A stretch of 59,675 nt of DNA, counting the filler. It is 9 parts of 9 records of this genome, joined end to end, with 100 filler letters (N's around TTAATTAATTAA, not from the genome) between each part and the next. Parts side by side here need not be neighbours in the genome. Positions count along the whole stretch, not along the records: positions 20,219 to 30,212 come from SRR31156797_93192; 8 more parts are not named here. One strand, 5' to 3'. Below the pieces are notes generated by a model. The model was given only the letters and a program-made list of their open reading frames with translations. It had not been told where the DNA came from and did no database searches. Below are positions 20,219 to 30,312 of this stretch, piece by piece. Both the position numbers and the translations under genes were made by a program. Position 1 is the stretch's first letter; every line of letters starts with the position of its first letter.

Positions 20219-20653
20219 CAAATCAGTTTAAAAACCGTTGCATTGATGATCGCATTCATGGCGCTCGTTGCCACCATGACCGTCGACACGTTAGGGCATG
20301 CCCTCAATCGCCTGAAAATGCCAGACAATCTGGTCTACATGGTACTGCTCACCTTCCGTTACCTGTTTGTCATCGAGCAGGAATATCAGCGACTGGTCAG
20401 GGCGATGAAAATTCGCAACTTTCATCCCAAAACCAACCTGCACTCCTACCGGACGGTCGCCTTTCTGGTAGGCATGCTATTCGTCCGGGCCTCGGAGCGT
20501 GCCCGCCGCGTGCACGGCGCAATGATCTGTCGCGGGTTTAACGGCAAGTTTGTCACTCTCCGGGAGTTTCCCCCTCATCCGGGAAACAGAGTTTTTTGTC
20601 TCTTCATCATTTGTTCATTGATGCTTTTAATCACTTTGGAATGGGTGGTCTGA
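20219..20653 (+). CDS. cbiQ: Co/Ni ECF transporter T component (5' truncated)
   Basis: LTFRYLFV, RLVRAMKIR, RASERARRVHGAMICRGF (ECF-T XRX motifs). Confidence 0.9.
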   Translation, partial: QISLKTVALMIAFMALVATMTVDTLGHALNRLKMPDNLVYMVLLTFRYLFVIEQEYQRLVRAMKIRNFHPKTNLHSYRTVAFLVGMLFVRASERARRVHGAMICRGFNGKFVTLREFPPHPGNRVFCLFIICSLMLLITLEWVV

Positions 20654-20655
20654 TC

Positions 20656-21378
20656 GTGAATCCGGTTGTGCTTAATTTGACAAAAATCTGTTACAGTTAT
20701 CCAGGCGGCCCCATGATCCTGGATCATCTTGATTTCCACATTCATGCCGGTGACCGGATTGGCCTGGTGGCTCCCAACGGAAGCGGAAAGACAACGTTGT
20801 TTCATGTTGCCATGGGGCTTCTCAAGCCTGTTTCCGGGACAGTTGAAGCTTTTGGCAAGGTAAGAAAAACCGAAGCGGACTTTTTCGAGGTGAGACGACG
20901 TATCGGTTTGCTGTTCCAGGATGCCGACGATCAGCTTTTCAGCCCGACGGTACTGGACGACGTTGCCTTCGGGCCCTTGAATTTGGGAAAGTCTAAAGAA
21001 GAGGCCATGGCCGTGGCCAAAAAGACACTCGATTTTCTCGGCCTGACAGGTTTTGAAAATCGGGTAACCCATAAACTGTCCGGTGGAGAAAAACGGCTGA
21101 TTTCTCTGGCCACGGTGCTGGCCATGGAACCGGAAGTGCTTTTGCTGGACGAGCCTTCCACCGGATTGGACGCAGAAACCAAGGAAAAGCTCATTGAGAT
21201 ATTAAATTCGCTGGATCTCTCTTTGGTACTCATCTCCCATGAATACGATTTTTTAACGAAAACTGCCCGGAACATCTATACCATGGGAGATGGCCGAATT
21301 TTATTCGACCAGGAACTGCACATTCACACCCATCAGCATGCCCACTTGATGGGAAAACATCCGCATCAACACAATTGA
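20656..21378 (+). CDS. cbiO: Co/Ni ECF transporter ATPase with a His-rich C-tail
   Basis: APNGSGKTT, FQDADDQLFSPTV, LSGGEKR, LLLDEP; tail HIHTHQHAHLMGKHPHQH. Confidence 0.92.
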   Translation: MNPVVLNLTKICYSYPGGPMILDHLDFHIHAGDRIGLVAPNGSGKTTLFHVAMGLLKPVSGTVEAFGKVRKTEADFFEVRRRIGLLFQDADDQLFSPTVLDDVAFGPLNLGKSKEEAMAVAKKTLDFLGLTGFENRVTHKLSGGEKRLISLATVLAMEPEVLLLDEPSTGLDAETKEKLIEILNSLDLSLVLISHEYDFLTKTARNIYTMGDGRILFDQELHIHTHQHAHLMGKHPHQHN

Positions 21379-21382
21379 TCCA

Positions 21383-22231
21383 TCATGGAGCATCCATAAA
21401 CTGCTCTATTTCCCGCAAATAGGTTTTATAGGTAATCATAAGGCCTTTGACCTCCTGTTTGTCCGGGAAAAATTCGTTAAAGACATCCTGATACACATGG
21501 TACGCCAATCGGTCAACGCCAATGCCTGTATCCACCATCATGGCGACCATGTCGGCCAGATAGAGCGTGCATGTGGCAGGATCGTTTCTTGATGAGGTAT
21601 TGAGCAAGTGATGATTTTCAATCATGTAGACCATATGTGAACTGAATTTCCATTGTTTGGCGATGATGCCGCCCAGCATCATGTGATCCATTCCCAGGAC
21701 CTCTTTCTCGGCCTCGACAAAACTCATCGCCTGGGTTGTCACCGCCTCCTGAATGAAAGAAAGTTTGTCCGCCACGAATTCATGAAGGACCACTTTCCCT
21801 ATATCTTTAAGAAGTGCGGCGGTATAGATGGCAGGAAGGCTCAATAAATCCCTGTTGCGAGCCAGGGTTCTTGCAACCATGGCAACGGACAGGCTCTGCT
21901 TCCAAAGGTCCCCTTTGGCCAAACCGTATCCTTTTTGGGAACGGTTCAAGTTCCCGGATAGATTTTGGGACATCACCATCTCCACAACCTGCTGCAACCC
22001 CAACATGGAAACCGCCTGCTGAACCGAATCCACCTTTACCGGCAACCCCATGTAGGCTGAATTGACGATTTTTAACAGGTTAGCGGTTATGGCGGGGTCA
22101 CGCTCGACAACCCCAACCATATCCTGCAAGGAGGCATCCGGGTCGTCGGCCAGTTCAAGAACTCTGTGAATGACCACGGGTATGGGGTCCAGCTTATTAA
22201 CCTTGTTTAATATTTGTCGTATGTTTTCCAA
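21383..22231 (-). CDS. HDOD domain protein (stand-alone)
   Basis: DPAITANLLKIVNSAYMG, AALLKDIGK (HD changed to KD), LGMDH, QWKFS. Confidence 0.9.
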   Translation of the reverse strand: MENIRQILNKVNKLDPIPVVIHRVLELADDPDASLQDMVGVVERDPAITANLLKIVNSAYMGLPVKVDSVQQAVSMLGLQQVVEMVMSQNLSGNLNRSQKGYGLAKGDLWKQSLSVAMVARTLARNRDLLSLPAIYTAALLKDIGKVVLHEFVADKLSFIQEAVTTQAMSFVEAEKEVLGMDHMMLGGIIAKQWKFSSHMVYMIENHHLLNTSSRNDPATCTLYLADMVAMMVDTGIGVDRLAYHVYQDVFNEFFPDKQEVKGLMITYKTYLREIEQFMDAP

Positions 22232-22332
22232 TATCCGGATCGTCCTTTTCTCAAATCGCTGCGTTGAGATTCGCGGTTTTTTTTCCTTTCTCCTTGATTA
22301 TCGGTAATTTTTATCCGCTCATTAGTTTCTTT

Positions 22333-22815
22333 TCAAATGTTCAAATTGACCACCGCTTTGCGGGGAGCGTTGGTTTTGTCGGGAAAAGGATGGAGTTTGG
22401 ATTTTATTCGTGCAAATCCAGGCTTCGGCGTCAGATGGATAAGATGGGACAGGCAGCTGCAATCTGTTGCTCCAAACTTCGGAATGGGACAGGTGGCCCT
22501 TTTTAAGCCGGCAAAAATTCCCGCCCACTCGTGTTCACGTTTGCAAGTGTCCATCGTAAACCAAATTTCGATGGGGAGCATGCCGTTTTTAACATAGTCT
22601 ATATGCCAATGATATCGCGTAGATGGCTGAAGATGGTGGTTGAGGCGGGATCGAAGACCTCCGGGGCCGAATGCGCTGCCCACATAGACCCAATACCCTT
22701 TGGGAAAATAAAACGAGCCTAGCTTTCCAACAACCGATTCAAAAGGGGATGTGCAATTGTATAAAATTGCGTATGTGCCCGGGAGGTTAGGAAAAAAGAG
22801 GGTTTGTCGATTCAT
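22333..22815 (-). CDS. GIY-YIG nuclease family protein (DUF123-like)
   Basis: GTYAI, YVGSAFGPGGLRSRLNHH, HWHIDY, FGATDCSCLSHL. Confidence 0.85.
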   Translation of the reverse strand: MNRQTLFFPNLPGTYAILYNCTSPFESVVGKLGSFYFPKGYWVYVGSAFGPGGLRSRLNHHLQPSTRYHWHIDYVKNGMLPIEIWFTMDTCKREHEWAGIFAGLKRATCPIPKFGATDCSCLSHLIHLTPKPGFARIKSKLHPFPDKTNAPRKAVVNLNI

Positions 22816-23008
22816 TGCAAAATTCAGGTGAGCGGGAGGTTTGTAAAAATGTGTCCTGATGAGTCGATCAGACGAACACGGATCAATCTTCTTCTCTTTA
22901 CAATACTTAAATTGTCAGGTAACTCAATAAGATTGTGGCAATCATCGAAAAATTGTGTCCAATGGTTGTACACGCCCTTTTATGACGAATGAGATCGGCA
23001 ATCAGAGC

Positions 23009-23812
23009 ATGGAACATGCCCACACAATAGCAACCCGGTTGAGGGTCCTCGGCAGAACGGCGATCGTTCCCGTACAAGAGCTGGGCCGGCTGACAATTTT
23101 CTTTTTCCAGGGGCTGGTTCATCTTTTTTCTTTCCCTCTGCAAGCGGAAAAGCTGATTGACCAAATCTATTTTATCGGATCAAAGTCCGTTTTTATCATC
23201 TGTCTGACCGGATTCTTTACCGGTATGGTATTAGGCCTTCAAGGCTATTACACATTGGTAAAATTCGGTTCGGAAGGAGTGCTGGGAGCAGCGGTAGCAC
23301 TGAGTTTGATCCGTGAAATGGGCCCTGTTTTAACGGCCATCATGGTGACGGCGAGAGCCGGCTCAGCAATGGCTGCAGAGATTGGCATTATGCGAATCTC
23401 CGAACAGATTGACGCCCTGGAAACCATGGATATCGACCCGATCCGGTTTTTATTCAGCCCGCGACTGGGTGCCGCCTTGATCAGTGTTCCTTTTCTCACT
23501 GCCATTTTCGATGTTGTTGGCATCCTGGGAGGCTACGTTACCGGATCTTTGTTATTGGACATCAACTCCGGCATCTATTTTGGCCGGGTTGAATCAAGTG
23601 TCGAACTGATGGATATCAAAGGCGGATTCATCAAAGCTTTTTGCTTTGCCGCCATCGTAGCGACCATTTGCTGTTACCATGGATATACCACCCATAGGAG
23701 AAAAAGTGGATTCGGCGCCAAAGGGGTGAGCCTTTCAACCACATCAGCGGTGGTCACTTCCTGCGTCACCATTTTGGTATCCGATTACGTACTAACCTCT
23801 TTTTTGTTGTGA
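23009..23812 (+). CDS. mlaE: MlaE lipid-asymmetry ABC permease
   Basis: IREMGPVLTAIMVTARAGSAMAAEIGIMRISEQIDALETM. The start codon is uncertain (22982 or 23009). Confidence 0.95.
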   Translation: MEHAHTIATRLRVLGRTAIVPVQELGRLTIFFFQGLVHLFSFPLQAEKLIDQIYFIGSKSVFIICLTGFFTGMVLGLQGYYTLVKFGSEGVLGAAVALSLIREMGPVLTAIMVTARAGSAMAAEIGIMRISEQIDALETMDIDPIRFLFSPRLGAALISVPFLTAIFDVVGILGGYVTGSLLLDINSGIYFGRVESSVELMDIKGGFIKAFCFAAIVATICCYHGYTTHRRKSGFGAKGVSLSTTSAVVTSCVTILVSDYVLTSFLL

Positions 23813-23822
23813 TCGTTTTGAA

Positions 23823-24590
23823 ATGAGCACCCCATTTATTCAGCTTCATCAGGTATACAAAGCCTTCGGAAACAAACCCGTACTGGAAGGGGTGGATCTG
23901 ATCATTTACAAAGGGGAGGTTACCACCATTATCGGGAAAAGTGGTATCGGAAAAAGCGTTCTTCTCAAGCATATCATCGGGTTATTGACACCTGATAAGG
24001 GAGAGGTCCTTATCGATGGACAATCGCTTGAAAAAATGGGTGCTGCCGAACGCAAGTCCATTACATCGAAATTCAGCTATATGTTCCAGGGCAATGCCCT
24101 GTTCGATTCCATGACGGTTGGTGAAAATGTTGCCCTTCCGTTGAAGGAGAAGGGTTGGCTTCCGTTTCATGAAGTTCAAGGCCGTGTTCGGGAAAAACTG
24201 GCTCAACTGGACCTGTTGGGATCCGAGGACAACTACCCTTCCCAGCTTTCAGGTGGTATGCAAAAACGGGTTGCCATGGCACGGGCACTGGTGACGAACC
24301 CGGAGGTTGTCCTTTTTGATGAGCCGACAACCGGTCTGGACCCGGTTCGAAAAAATGCGGCGCATGCCATGATATCCAACTACCAGAATACATTTGGCTT
24401 TACTGGTGTCATGGTCAGCCATGAAATTCCCGATGTGTTTGCCATTTCCCAACGCATTGCCATGTTGGACCGGGGCAAGATCATTTTTCAAGGGCTACCG
24501 ACCGAATTTCAAAACAGTGCCGAACCGGTGATCCGGAATTTTATCAGGGGGGAGGAAGCGGTCGAAATGAAAGCTGTGGAGGCATCATGA
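23823..24590 (+). CDS. mlaF: MlaF ABC ATPase
   Basis: [40 protein letters not shown]. Confidence 0.93.
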   Translation: MSTPFIQLHQVYKAFGNKPVLEGVDLIIYKGEVTTIIGKSGIGKSVLLKHIIGLLTPDKGEVLIDGQSLEKMGAAERKSITSKFSYMFQGNALFDSMTVGENVALPLKEKGWLPFHEVQGRVREKLAQLDLLGSEDNYPSQLSGGMQKRVAMARALVTNPEVVLFDEPTTGLDPVRKNAAHAMISNYQNTFGFTGVMVSHEIPDVFAISQRIAMLDRGKIIFQGLPTEFQNSAEPVIRNFIRGEEAVEMKAVEAS

Positions 24591-25039
24591 AAAAATCATC
24601 CATTGAGACCGCAGTCGGGGTGTTTGTTCTAATCGGTATGATCAGCGTGGCCTACCTTACGGTAAAACTCGGCAAAATGGAGTGGTTCGGCGATGCTTAT
24701 TATATCCTTGACGCACGTTTCGATTCGGTTTCAGGGCTCAAAACAGGAGCACAGGTGGACATGGCGGGTGTTGAAGTCGGTCGCGTGTCGGATATTCGCC
24801 TCGACAGCGAACGTCAGGTCGCTGTTGTTCGGTTAAAGATCAAGAAAGAGCTGGTTTTAACCGATGATGTCATTGCATCCGTAAAGACCTCGGGGTTGAT
24901 CGGTGATAAATTTATCAAGTTAACACCAGGTGGTTCAGAAACCATCCTCACATCTGGGGATTCGATCATCGAGACGGAGTCCGTGCTGGATATTGAAGAT
25001 TTGGTAAGCAAGTATGTCTTTGGCAGTGCAGATAATTGA
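24587..25039 (+). CDS. mlaD: MlaD (MCE domain) protein
   Basis: ETAVGVFV, GLKTGAQVDMAGVEVG, TSGLIGDKFI. Confidence 0.95.
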   Translation: MKKSSIETAVGVFVLIGMISVAYLTVKLGKMEWFGDAYYILDARFDSVSGLKTGAQVDMAGVEVGRVSDIRLDSERQVAVVRLKIKKELVLTDDVIASVKTSGLIGDKFIKLTPGGSETILTSGDSIIETESVLDIEDLVSKYVFGSADN

Positions 25040-25117
25040 CGGCGACCTAAATCGCCTGATATCTGTGAAACGGTTTGTTGTGGTTACTTCAAAATGTGGT
25101 GTTTTTAGGAGGATTCG

Positions 25118-25747
25118 ATGGTTCCTAAACGGATATGCTATCTGTTGATATTACTTGTCATTTCGACACTACCTACATCTGCAAAGTCCATGGAGCCCAT
25201 GGAGGTCATCCAAGGTCCCATAGACGAGGTCGTCGAAATCCTCGGTGATCCGAAGTACACGGGGAAAGAAACCAAAGCGGCCCAACGGGAAGAGATTTGG
25301 AAAACAGTGATTCCAATTTTCAATTTCAACGAGATTTCCAAACGCGCTGTGGCGCGTAAATGGCGCGAATTTTCCGATGAAGAGAAAGCATCCTTTATCG
25401 ATGTCTTCGCCCAATTTCTTGGCAACACTTACATCGATAAAATTCAGGGTGAGTACCACAATGAAAAGATCGTATACCTGGAGCAGAACTTTCATTCCGA
25501 TGCCTACGCGGAGGTGAAAACAAAGTTGATAAGGAAAAATGTCGAAACACCTGTCAACTACCGGATGATTAAAAAAGGCGAAAACCCTTGGAAAGTCTAT
25601 GATATCATCGTAGAGGGGGTCAGTCTTGTAAAAAATTACCGTACCCAATTCGCCAATATTCTAAAAAAGGAGAGTCCTGCCCAGCTAATCGACAGGCTGA
25701 ACAAGAAATTGGATGAACGGAATGAACAGATTGCCGGAGATGAATAA
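25118..25747 (+). CDS. mlaC: MlaC/Ttg2D phospholipid-binding protein
   Basis: Signal peptide; WKVYDIIVEGVSLVKNYRTQF. Confidence 0.93.
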   Translation: MVPKRICYLLILLVISTLPTSAKSMEPMEVIQGPIDEVVEILGDPKYTGKETKAAQREEIWKTVIPIFNFNEISKRAVARKWREFSDEEKASFIDVFAQFLGNTYIDKIQGEYHNEKIVYLEQNFHSDAYAEVKTKLIRKNVETPVNYRMIKKGENPWKVYDIIVEGVSLVKNYRTQFANILKKESPAQLIDRLNKKLDERNEQIAGDE

Positions 25748-25798
25748 GACCATTTGAAACGGAAGCCCTTCCCTATTCCTGCGACATTGTGATTGTAG

Positions 25799-26626
25799 AT
25801 GAAGACCATGGAAAACCGCATTAAATGGATCGTCATGTTAATCTTTCTCCTCTTTATTACCTGTTCGGGTTGGGCAGATGATACGGAAACGCTTGAGACG
25901 CTGCCAGGATCCGATGATGCAGACAGCGATTTTTTCGATCCGTTCGATGATGGGGCTGACGGGATTTACGATGATGATGAGGAAACCTTGGTAACGGTTC
26001 ACGATCCAATCGAAGGATTCAACCGCGCCATGTTTACCGTAAATGACAACCTCTATTTCTGGTTGTTGAAACCTGTGACTATCGGGTATTCTTATATCGT
26101 GCCTTCGGAAATCAGGGGGTGTGTTAAAAATTTCTTTTTCAACCTTTTGACGCCCGTTCGCCTGGTGAACTGCCTGTTGCAGGGAAAGGGCAAGGCCGCC
26201 GCAGGTGAACTCGGGCGGTTCACCGTCAATACCACCATGGGATTTGTCGGTTTGATGGATCCGGCACACATGTATCCTGCCTTGAACCCTCCGGAGGAGG
26301 ATATGGGGCAAACCTTCGGCTGGTATGGCGCCGGAGAGGGATTTTATATCGTCTGGCCGTTTATCGGCCCGTCAACCCTTCGCGATACGGTGGGGGGAAT
26401 TGGGGACTGGGCTCTGAATCCGTTTTCATTCATGCAGTTGATCAATCTGGAAGCGGGCGTGCTGACTTCCAGTGAAACGAATGTGATTGCCTACGGTTTG
26501 AGAACCGTTAATGACACCTCGTTTCTGATCGGACAATACGAAATGTTGAAAGATGCAGCGTTGGATCCCTATGAAGCCTTCAGAAACGCATATATTCAAA
26601 ATCGCAACAGCAGGATTGCACAGTAA
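25799..26626 (+). CDS. mlaA: MlaA/VacJ family protein
   Basis: DPIEGFNRAMF, EDMGQTFG, GPSTLRD, DPYEAFRNAY. Confidence 0.93.
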   Translation: MKTMENRIKWIVMLIFLLFITCSGWADDTETLETLPGSDDADSDFFDPFDDGADGIYDDDEETLVTVHDPIEGFNRAMFTVNDNLYFWLLKPVTIGYSYIVPSEIRGCVKNFFFNLLTPVRLVNCLLQGKGKAAAGELGRFTVNTTMGFVGLMDPAHMYPALNPPEEDMGQTFGWYGAGEGFYIVWPFIGPSTLRDTVGGIGDWALNPFSFMQLINLEAGVLTSSETNVIAYGLRTVNDTSFLIGQYEMLKDAALDPYEAFRNAYIQNRNSRIAQ

Positions 26627-26708
26627 CGCGGTGGCGCCCGGGCGCCTGCAATAACGACAAACGATTGAAGCGTTTTCCCCAATCACAGCGAAGCTGGAAT
26701 TCGTATCC

Positions 26709-28499
26709 ATGTACAATCAATTTTTCGGTTTCAAAGAAAAACCGTTCAAACTGGTGCCCAATCCGGAGTATCTGTACCTTTCTCGTATTCATGAGGAGGT
26801 ACTGGCACATTTAAATTATGCAGCGGACCACGGTGAGGGCTTTATCGAAATTACCGGTGAAGTCGGCACGGGCAAAACAACCTTGTGTCGGATGTTTTTG
26901 GAAAACCTGGATGAGCGAACCGAAGCAGCATACATCTTCAATCCTAAACTGGACGCACTCCAGTTACTCAAAGCGATCAACGACGAGTTTAACCTCCCTT
27001 CCGATGCGGATTCGGTAAAAAAACTGATCGACCGGCTCAACCAATTTTTATTGGAAAAGAAAGTTGAAAACAAACAGGTGATCCTGCTGATCGACGAAGC
27101 GCAGAACCTCAGCATCGATGTTCTGGAGCAATTGAGGCTGCTCTCCAATCTGGAAACGACCACGAGCAAATTATTACAAATCATTCTGGTCGGTCAGCCC
27201 GAACTCGGTGAAATGCTGGAATCCGATGATTTACGCCAGTTGAACCAGCGTATTTCGCTCAGCTGCCAGTTGACCCCTTTGAGTTACAAAGAAACGAAAG
27301 AGTATATTCGGCACCGGATCCACATCGCTTCCCGAAAACCCGGTCTGGCGTTCAGCCCCCGAGCATACAAAGCCATTTATAATTTCAGCAAAGGCGTTCC
27401 GAGGGTCATCAATATCGCATGTGATCGTGCGCTGCTGACAGCCTATTCCAAAGGCAAGCACCAGATCGATTATTCCGTTGTGAAAAAGGCGCTGAAGGAG
27501 TTGGGCAGTCATCACACGACGCCCCAAAAAGCAGGACCATATTGGGAAAAATGGATCTTCGGCCTTTTGGTCCTGCTTGTGATCCTGGTTCTGGCCATGT
27601 CAGCCATACAGGCTTACATGGGATGGAGCAGAAACAGGACCGATACAAGGGAGACGGTGCAAAAAAAGGCAACGCAAACCGATACTCATTCACAAGCGAT
27701 TCAATCAACAGCGCCTGAACCGATGGATACGAAGATCGCTCCGTTGCCGTCGCCGCCGGGAGTCCAGATATCGGCTTTGACCGCGAAATCTGTCGAGAAG
27801 GCGGCCAATGCAGATCGCTTGAAAACCCTATCGAAAAAACCGTCCCGTACCCTCCAACAGATGTGGTTTGAAACGGATTTTCTTTCTTCGCGAGCAGATG
27901 CATTCAAAAGCGTATTGCAACAATGGAAAACCCGAAACGAATCCGTTATCGGCGCCATGGATGGTGTGGACAACGACACATTTGTTCAAATCTCCGCGAG
28001 ACGGTATGGTATGGAGTCCTTAAAAGTTCGAGATGGGCTGGACACCATCCGGACACTCGATCTGCCGGCCATCCTGGAAATGACCCTCCCGGAAAAAATG
28101 GACACGCGATTGATCGCCCTCGTCGCACTTGAAGAAGAAACCATTTGGTTGTCAAACGGTTCGGAACTGTTTTCGGTCTCCCCGGCCCGGCTTGCCGAAT
28201 CATGGAATGGGGTGGCCTACATCCTTTGGAAAGATTTTTTCAACTACACTGGAATCATTCCAACGTCGTCTCCCGGTGAAGTCATTGTGTCACTCAAGGT
28301 CCACCTGAAACGGCTGGGGTTCCCCATAAATGAGATAAACAGTGCCTATGACACCTCCACCCATATGGCCATCGAAACGATTCAAAAACGCAACGGATTG
28401 ATGGTGGATGGAATTGTCGGGCCGATGACAAAGATCGTTCTTTACAACGAAGATCGCCTGCTGGAAATTCCTCGTCTGAGCACTACACGAAAAAAATAA
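26709..28499 (+). CDS. exeA: ExeA/GspA type II secretion accessory AAA ATPase with a TM helix and peptidoglycan-binding domain
   Basis: MYNQFFGFKEKPF, GEVGTGKT, IDEAQNL, GVPRVINIACDRAL, C-terminal VDGIVGPMT. Confidence 0.9.
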   Translation: MYNQFFGFKEKPFKLVPNPEYLYLSRIHEEVLAHLNYAADHGEGFIEITGEVGTGKTTLCRMFLENLDERTEAAYIFNPKLDALQLLKAINDEFNLPSDADSVKKLIDRLNQFLLEKKVENKQVILLIDEAQNLSIDVLEQLRLLSNLETTTSKLLQIILVGQPELGEMLESDDLRQLNQRISLSCQLTPLSYKETKEYIRHRIHIASRKPGLAFSPRAYKAIYNFSKGVPRVINIACDRALLTAYSKGKHQIDYSVVKKALKELGSHHTTPQKAGPYWEKWIFGLLVLLVILVLAMSAIQAYMGWSRNRTDTRETVQKKATQTDTHSQAIQSTAPEPMDTKIAPLPSPPGVQISALTAKSVEKAANADRLKTLSKKPSRTLQQMWFETDFLSSRADAFKSVLQQWKTRNESVIGAMDGVDNDTFVQISARRYGMESLKVRDGLDTIRTLDLPAILEMTLPEKMDTRLIALVALEEETIWLSNGSELFSVSPARLAESWNGVAYILWKDFFNYTGIIPTSSPGEVIVSLKVHLKRLGFPINEINSAYDTSTHMAIETIQKRNGLMVDGIVGPMTKIVLYNEDRLLEIPRLSTTRKK

Positions 28500-28524
28500 A
28501 GATATTTTTCAGGGAGTTTTATCG

Positions 28525-29343
28525 TTGAGTTCCATTTTGGATGCACTAAAAAAGGCCGATCGCGAAGCTGCCGCCGAAAAGAACAAGGGCAAACCATGGT
28601 CAAACCGGATGCCTCTGCAGAGGAAGAGCAACTGGAGAGGCAGGGGCTGGTTAACGGGGATCGTTTTTTTTATTGTCGTCTTGGCCATTGGCGGATTCTT
28701 TTCCCTTCGTCCTCAAACCATGGGACCATCCGGCCATCAGGCAATGACGGAGGCCGATCCGGATTCAAATGCGGGTCGAACAAAGTTACCGCAATCCGCG
28801 GCACCGGACGCCGGGCTTCAGCTGTCCGAAGAGAGCGAACACCCCGTGATAACACCGAAGAGGACAATCCCCTCTCCCGAACCGGGATCTGAAACGGCTG
28901 CATCTGATCCATCGGGCGGCACTTCTACCGCTCTGCAAATCCAAACACCGTCACCAACAGCCGAAGAATTGACACAAAATTCCTTGAAACCGTCACCCGG
29001 ATCTATTCGTGATCCCCTTCAACCGCCAACAACAGGGCCGGCGCCAACGGTTGAGACCGGTGAACGTCCCACACCGCTACCGGAGAGACCGACCGATGCC
29101 GAGCCATACAGGAAGGAAGAAACGTCACCGGTTGAGGAAAAAAACATTAAGGATGATCCGCGCATAGATCTGCAGGCGTTGGTCTGGGCGGAAAAGCCTG
29201 AAGATCGGTTTGTGGTGATCAACAACCAATTGATCAGGGAGGGAGGAACGATCGATGCCATTGTTGTTGAAGAAATCAACCCTGATGACGTTAGACTGGT
29301 AGAAGGAAGCAATCAATGGTATGAAGCATTTCACATTCGATAA
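28525..29343 (+). CDS. exeB: ExeB/GspB type II secretion accessory protein
   Basis: MSSILDALKK, TM helix, Pro-rich linker, RFVVINNQLIREG...VEEINPDDV domain. Confidence 0.85.
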   Translation: MSSILDALKKADREAAAEKNKGKPWSNRMPLQRKSNWRGRGWLTGIVFFIVVLAIGGFFSLRPQTMGPSGHQAMTEADPDSNAGRTKLPQSAAPDAGLQLSEESEHPVITPKRTIPSPEPGSETAASDPSGGTSTALQIQTPSPTAEELTQNSLKPSPGSIRDPLQPPTTGPAPTVETGERPTPLPERPTDAEPYRKEETSPVEEKNIKDDPRIDLQALVWAEKPEDRFVVINNQLIREGGTIDAIVVEEINPDDVRLVEGSNQWYEAFHIR

Positions 29344-29389
29344 TTTTTTGATTTTTCCATCGGGCATGCAATTTGCTTAAAATGTTCAG

Positions 29390-30212
29390 ATGAATAGAGG
29401 TGAAATGGACATTTCCAAAAAACAAAAGCTGGTTGTGAGAGGTCCGGGAGTTGTATTATTGTGTTTGTTTTTCTCGTTATGCTGCCCGCTTTCGACCTTT
29501 TCAGCACAAAATGGCACAATGGGAAAAGAGCTCGCTTTTGTGGATCGCTCGCCCTCATCAACGACCGATGTCATTAAAGGGCAGCTCAAGAAAAGTACAG
29601 TATATGACACATTGTTATCTTTTGAGATTCCAGCGACGGAAATTATTGCACTCACCAACTCATTTAAATCCCTTTTCGATTTCCGATGCTCCCGCCCCAA
29701 AGACACCTATGAAATCTGTTTTGACAACAATCGAAAAATACAAAAATTTGTTTATAAAACCAGCTTGCTGGATGAATATGAAGCCACGAAAAGGGTAAAG
29801 GGTGGTTACCATGTGATAAAGAGGGAGATCCAACTCAACAGGCAGGTTGCCGCAAAGCTCTTCACCATTGACACGTCTCTATACCAAGCCGTTGAAGAAA
29901 GTGGTGAGACGCAGAAAATTGCCAGCCTTTTAGCTGAAATTTTCGCCTGGGACATCGATTTTTACCTCTATCCCCGAAAAGGTGACCGTATCGCAGCCGT
30001 TTTTGAACGTTGTTATAAAGATGGCACCTTTGTGAAATACGGCAATATTCTTGCCGCCAGGTATGAGGGAACTCAAAATTCGTTTTCCGCCTTTTATTTC
30101 AATGACGGTCAACACGTTGGTTATTATGATGAAACCGGACAGCCGCTGAAAAAAATGTTTCTGCGAACGCCTGTCAAATTCGCAAAAATGACATCGGGTT
30201 ATTCCATTCGAC
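29390..30212 (+). CDS. M23 family peptidoglycan DD-endopeptidase, MepM-like (3' truncated)
   Basis: IFAWDIDF..RKGD, GNILAARY, YYDETG.PLKKMFLRTP, MTSGY, which normally precede the M23 domain. Confidence 0.85.
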
Positions 30213-30312
30213 NNNNNNNNNNNNNNNNNNNNNNNNNNNNNNNNNNNNNNNNNNNNTTAATTAATTAANNNNNNNNNNNNNNNNNNNNNNNNNNNNNNNN
30301 NNNNNNNNNNNN
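30213..30312. other. Artificial contig spacer
   Basis: N-run, TTAATTAATTAA, N-run. Confidence 0.99.

Noticed and set aside
26633-26646. Perfect palindrome GGCGCCCGGGCGCC after mlaA
   Set aside because: It is short, single-copy and has no U-tract, so no function can be supported.
23009-30212. mlaEFDCA-exeAB-M23 run as a novel envelope system
   Set aside because: All components are well-known families, and a missing mlaB is common outside gammaproteobacteria.
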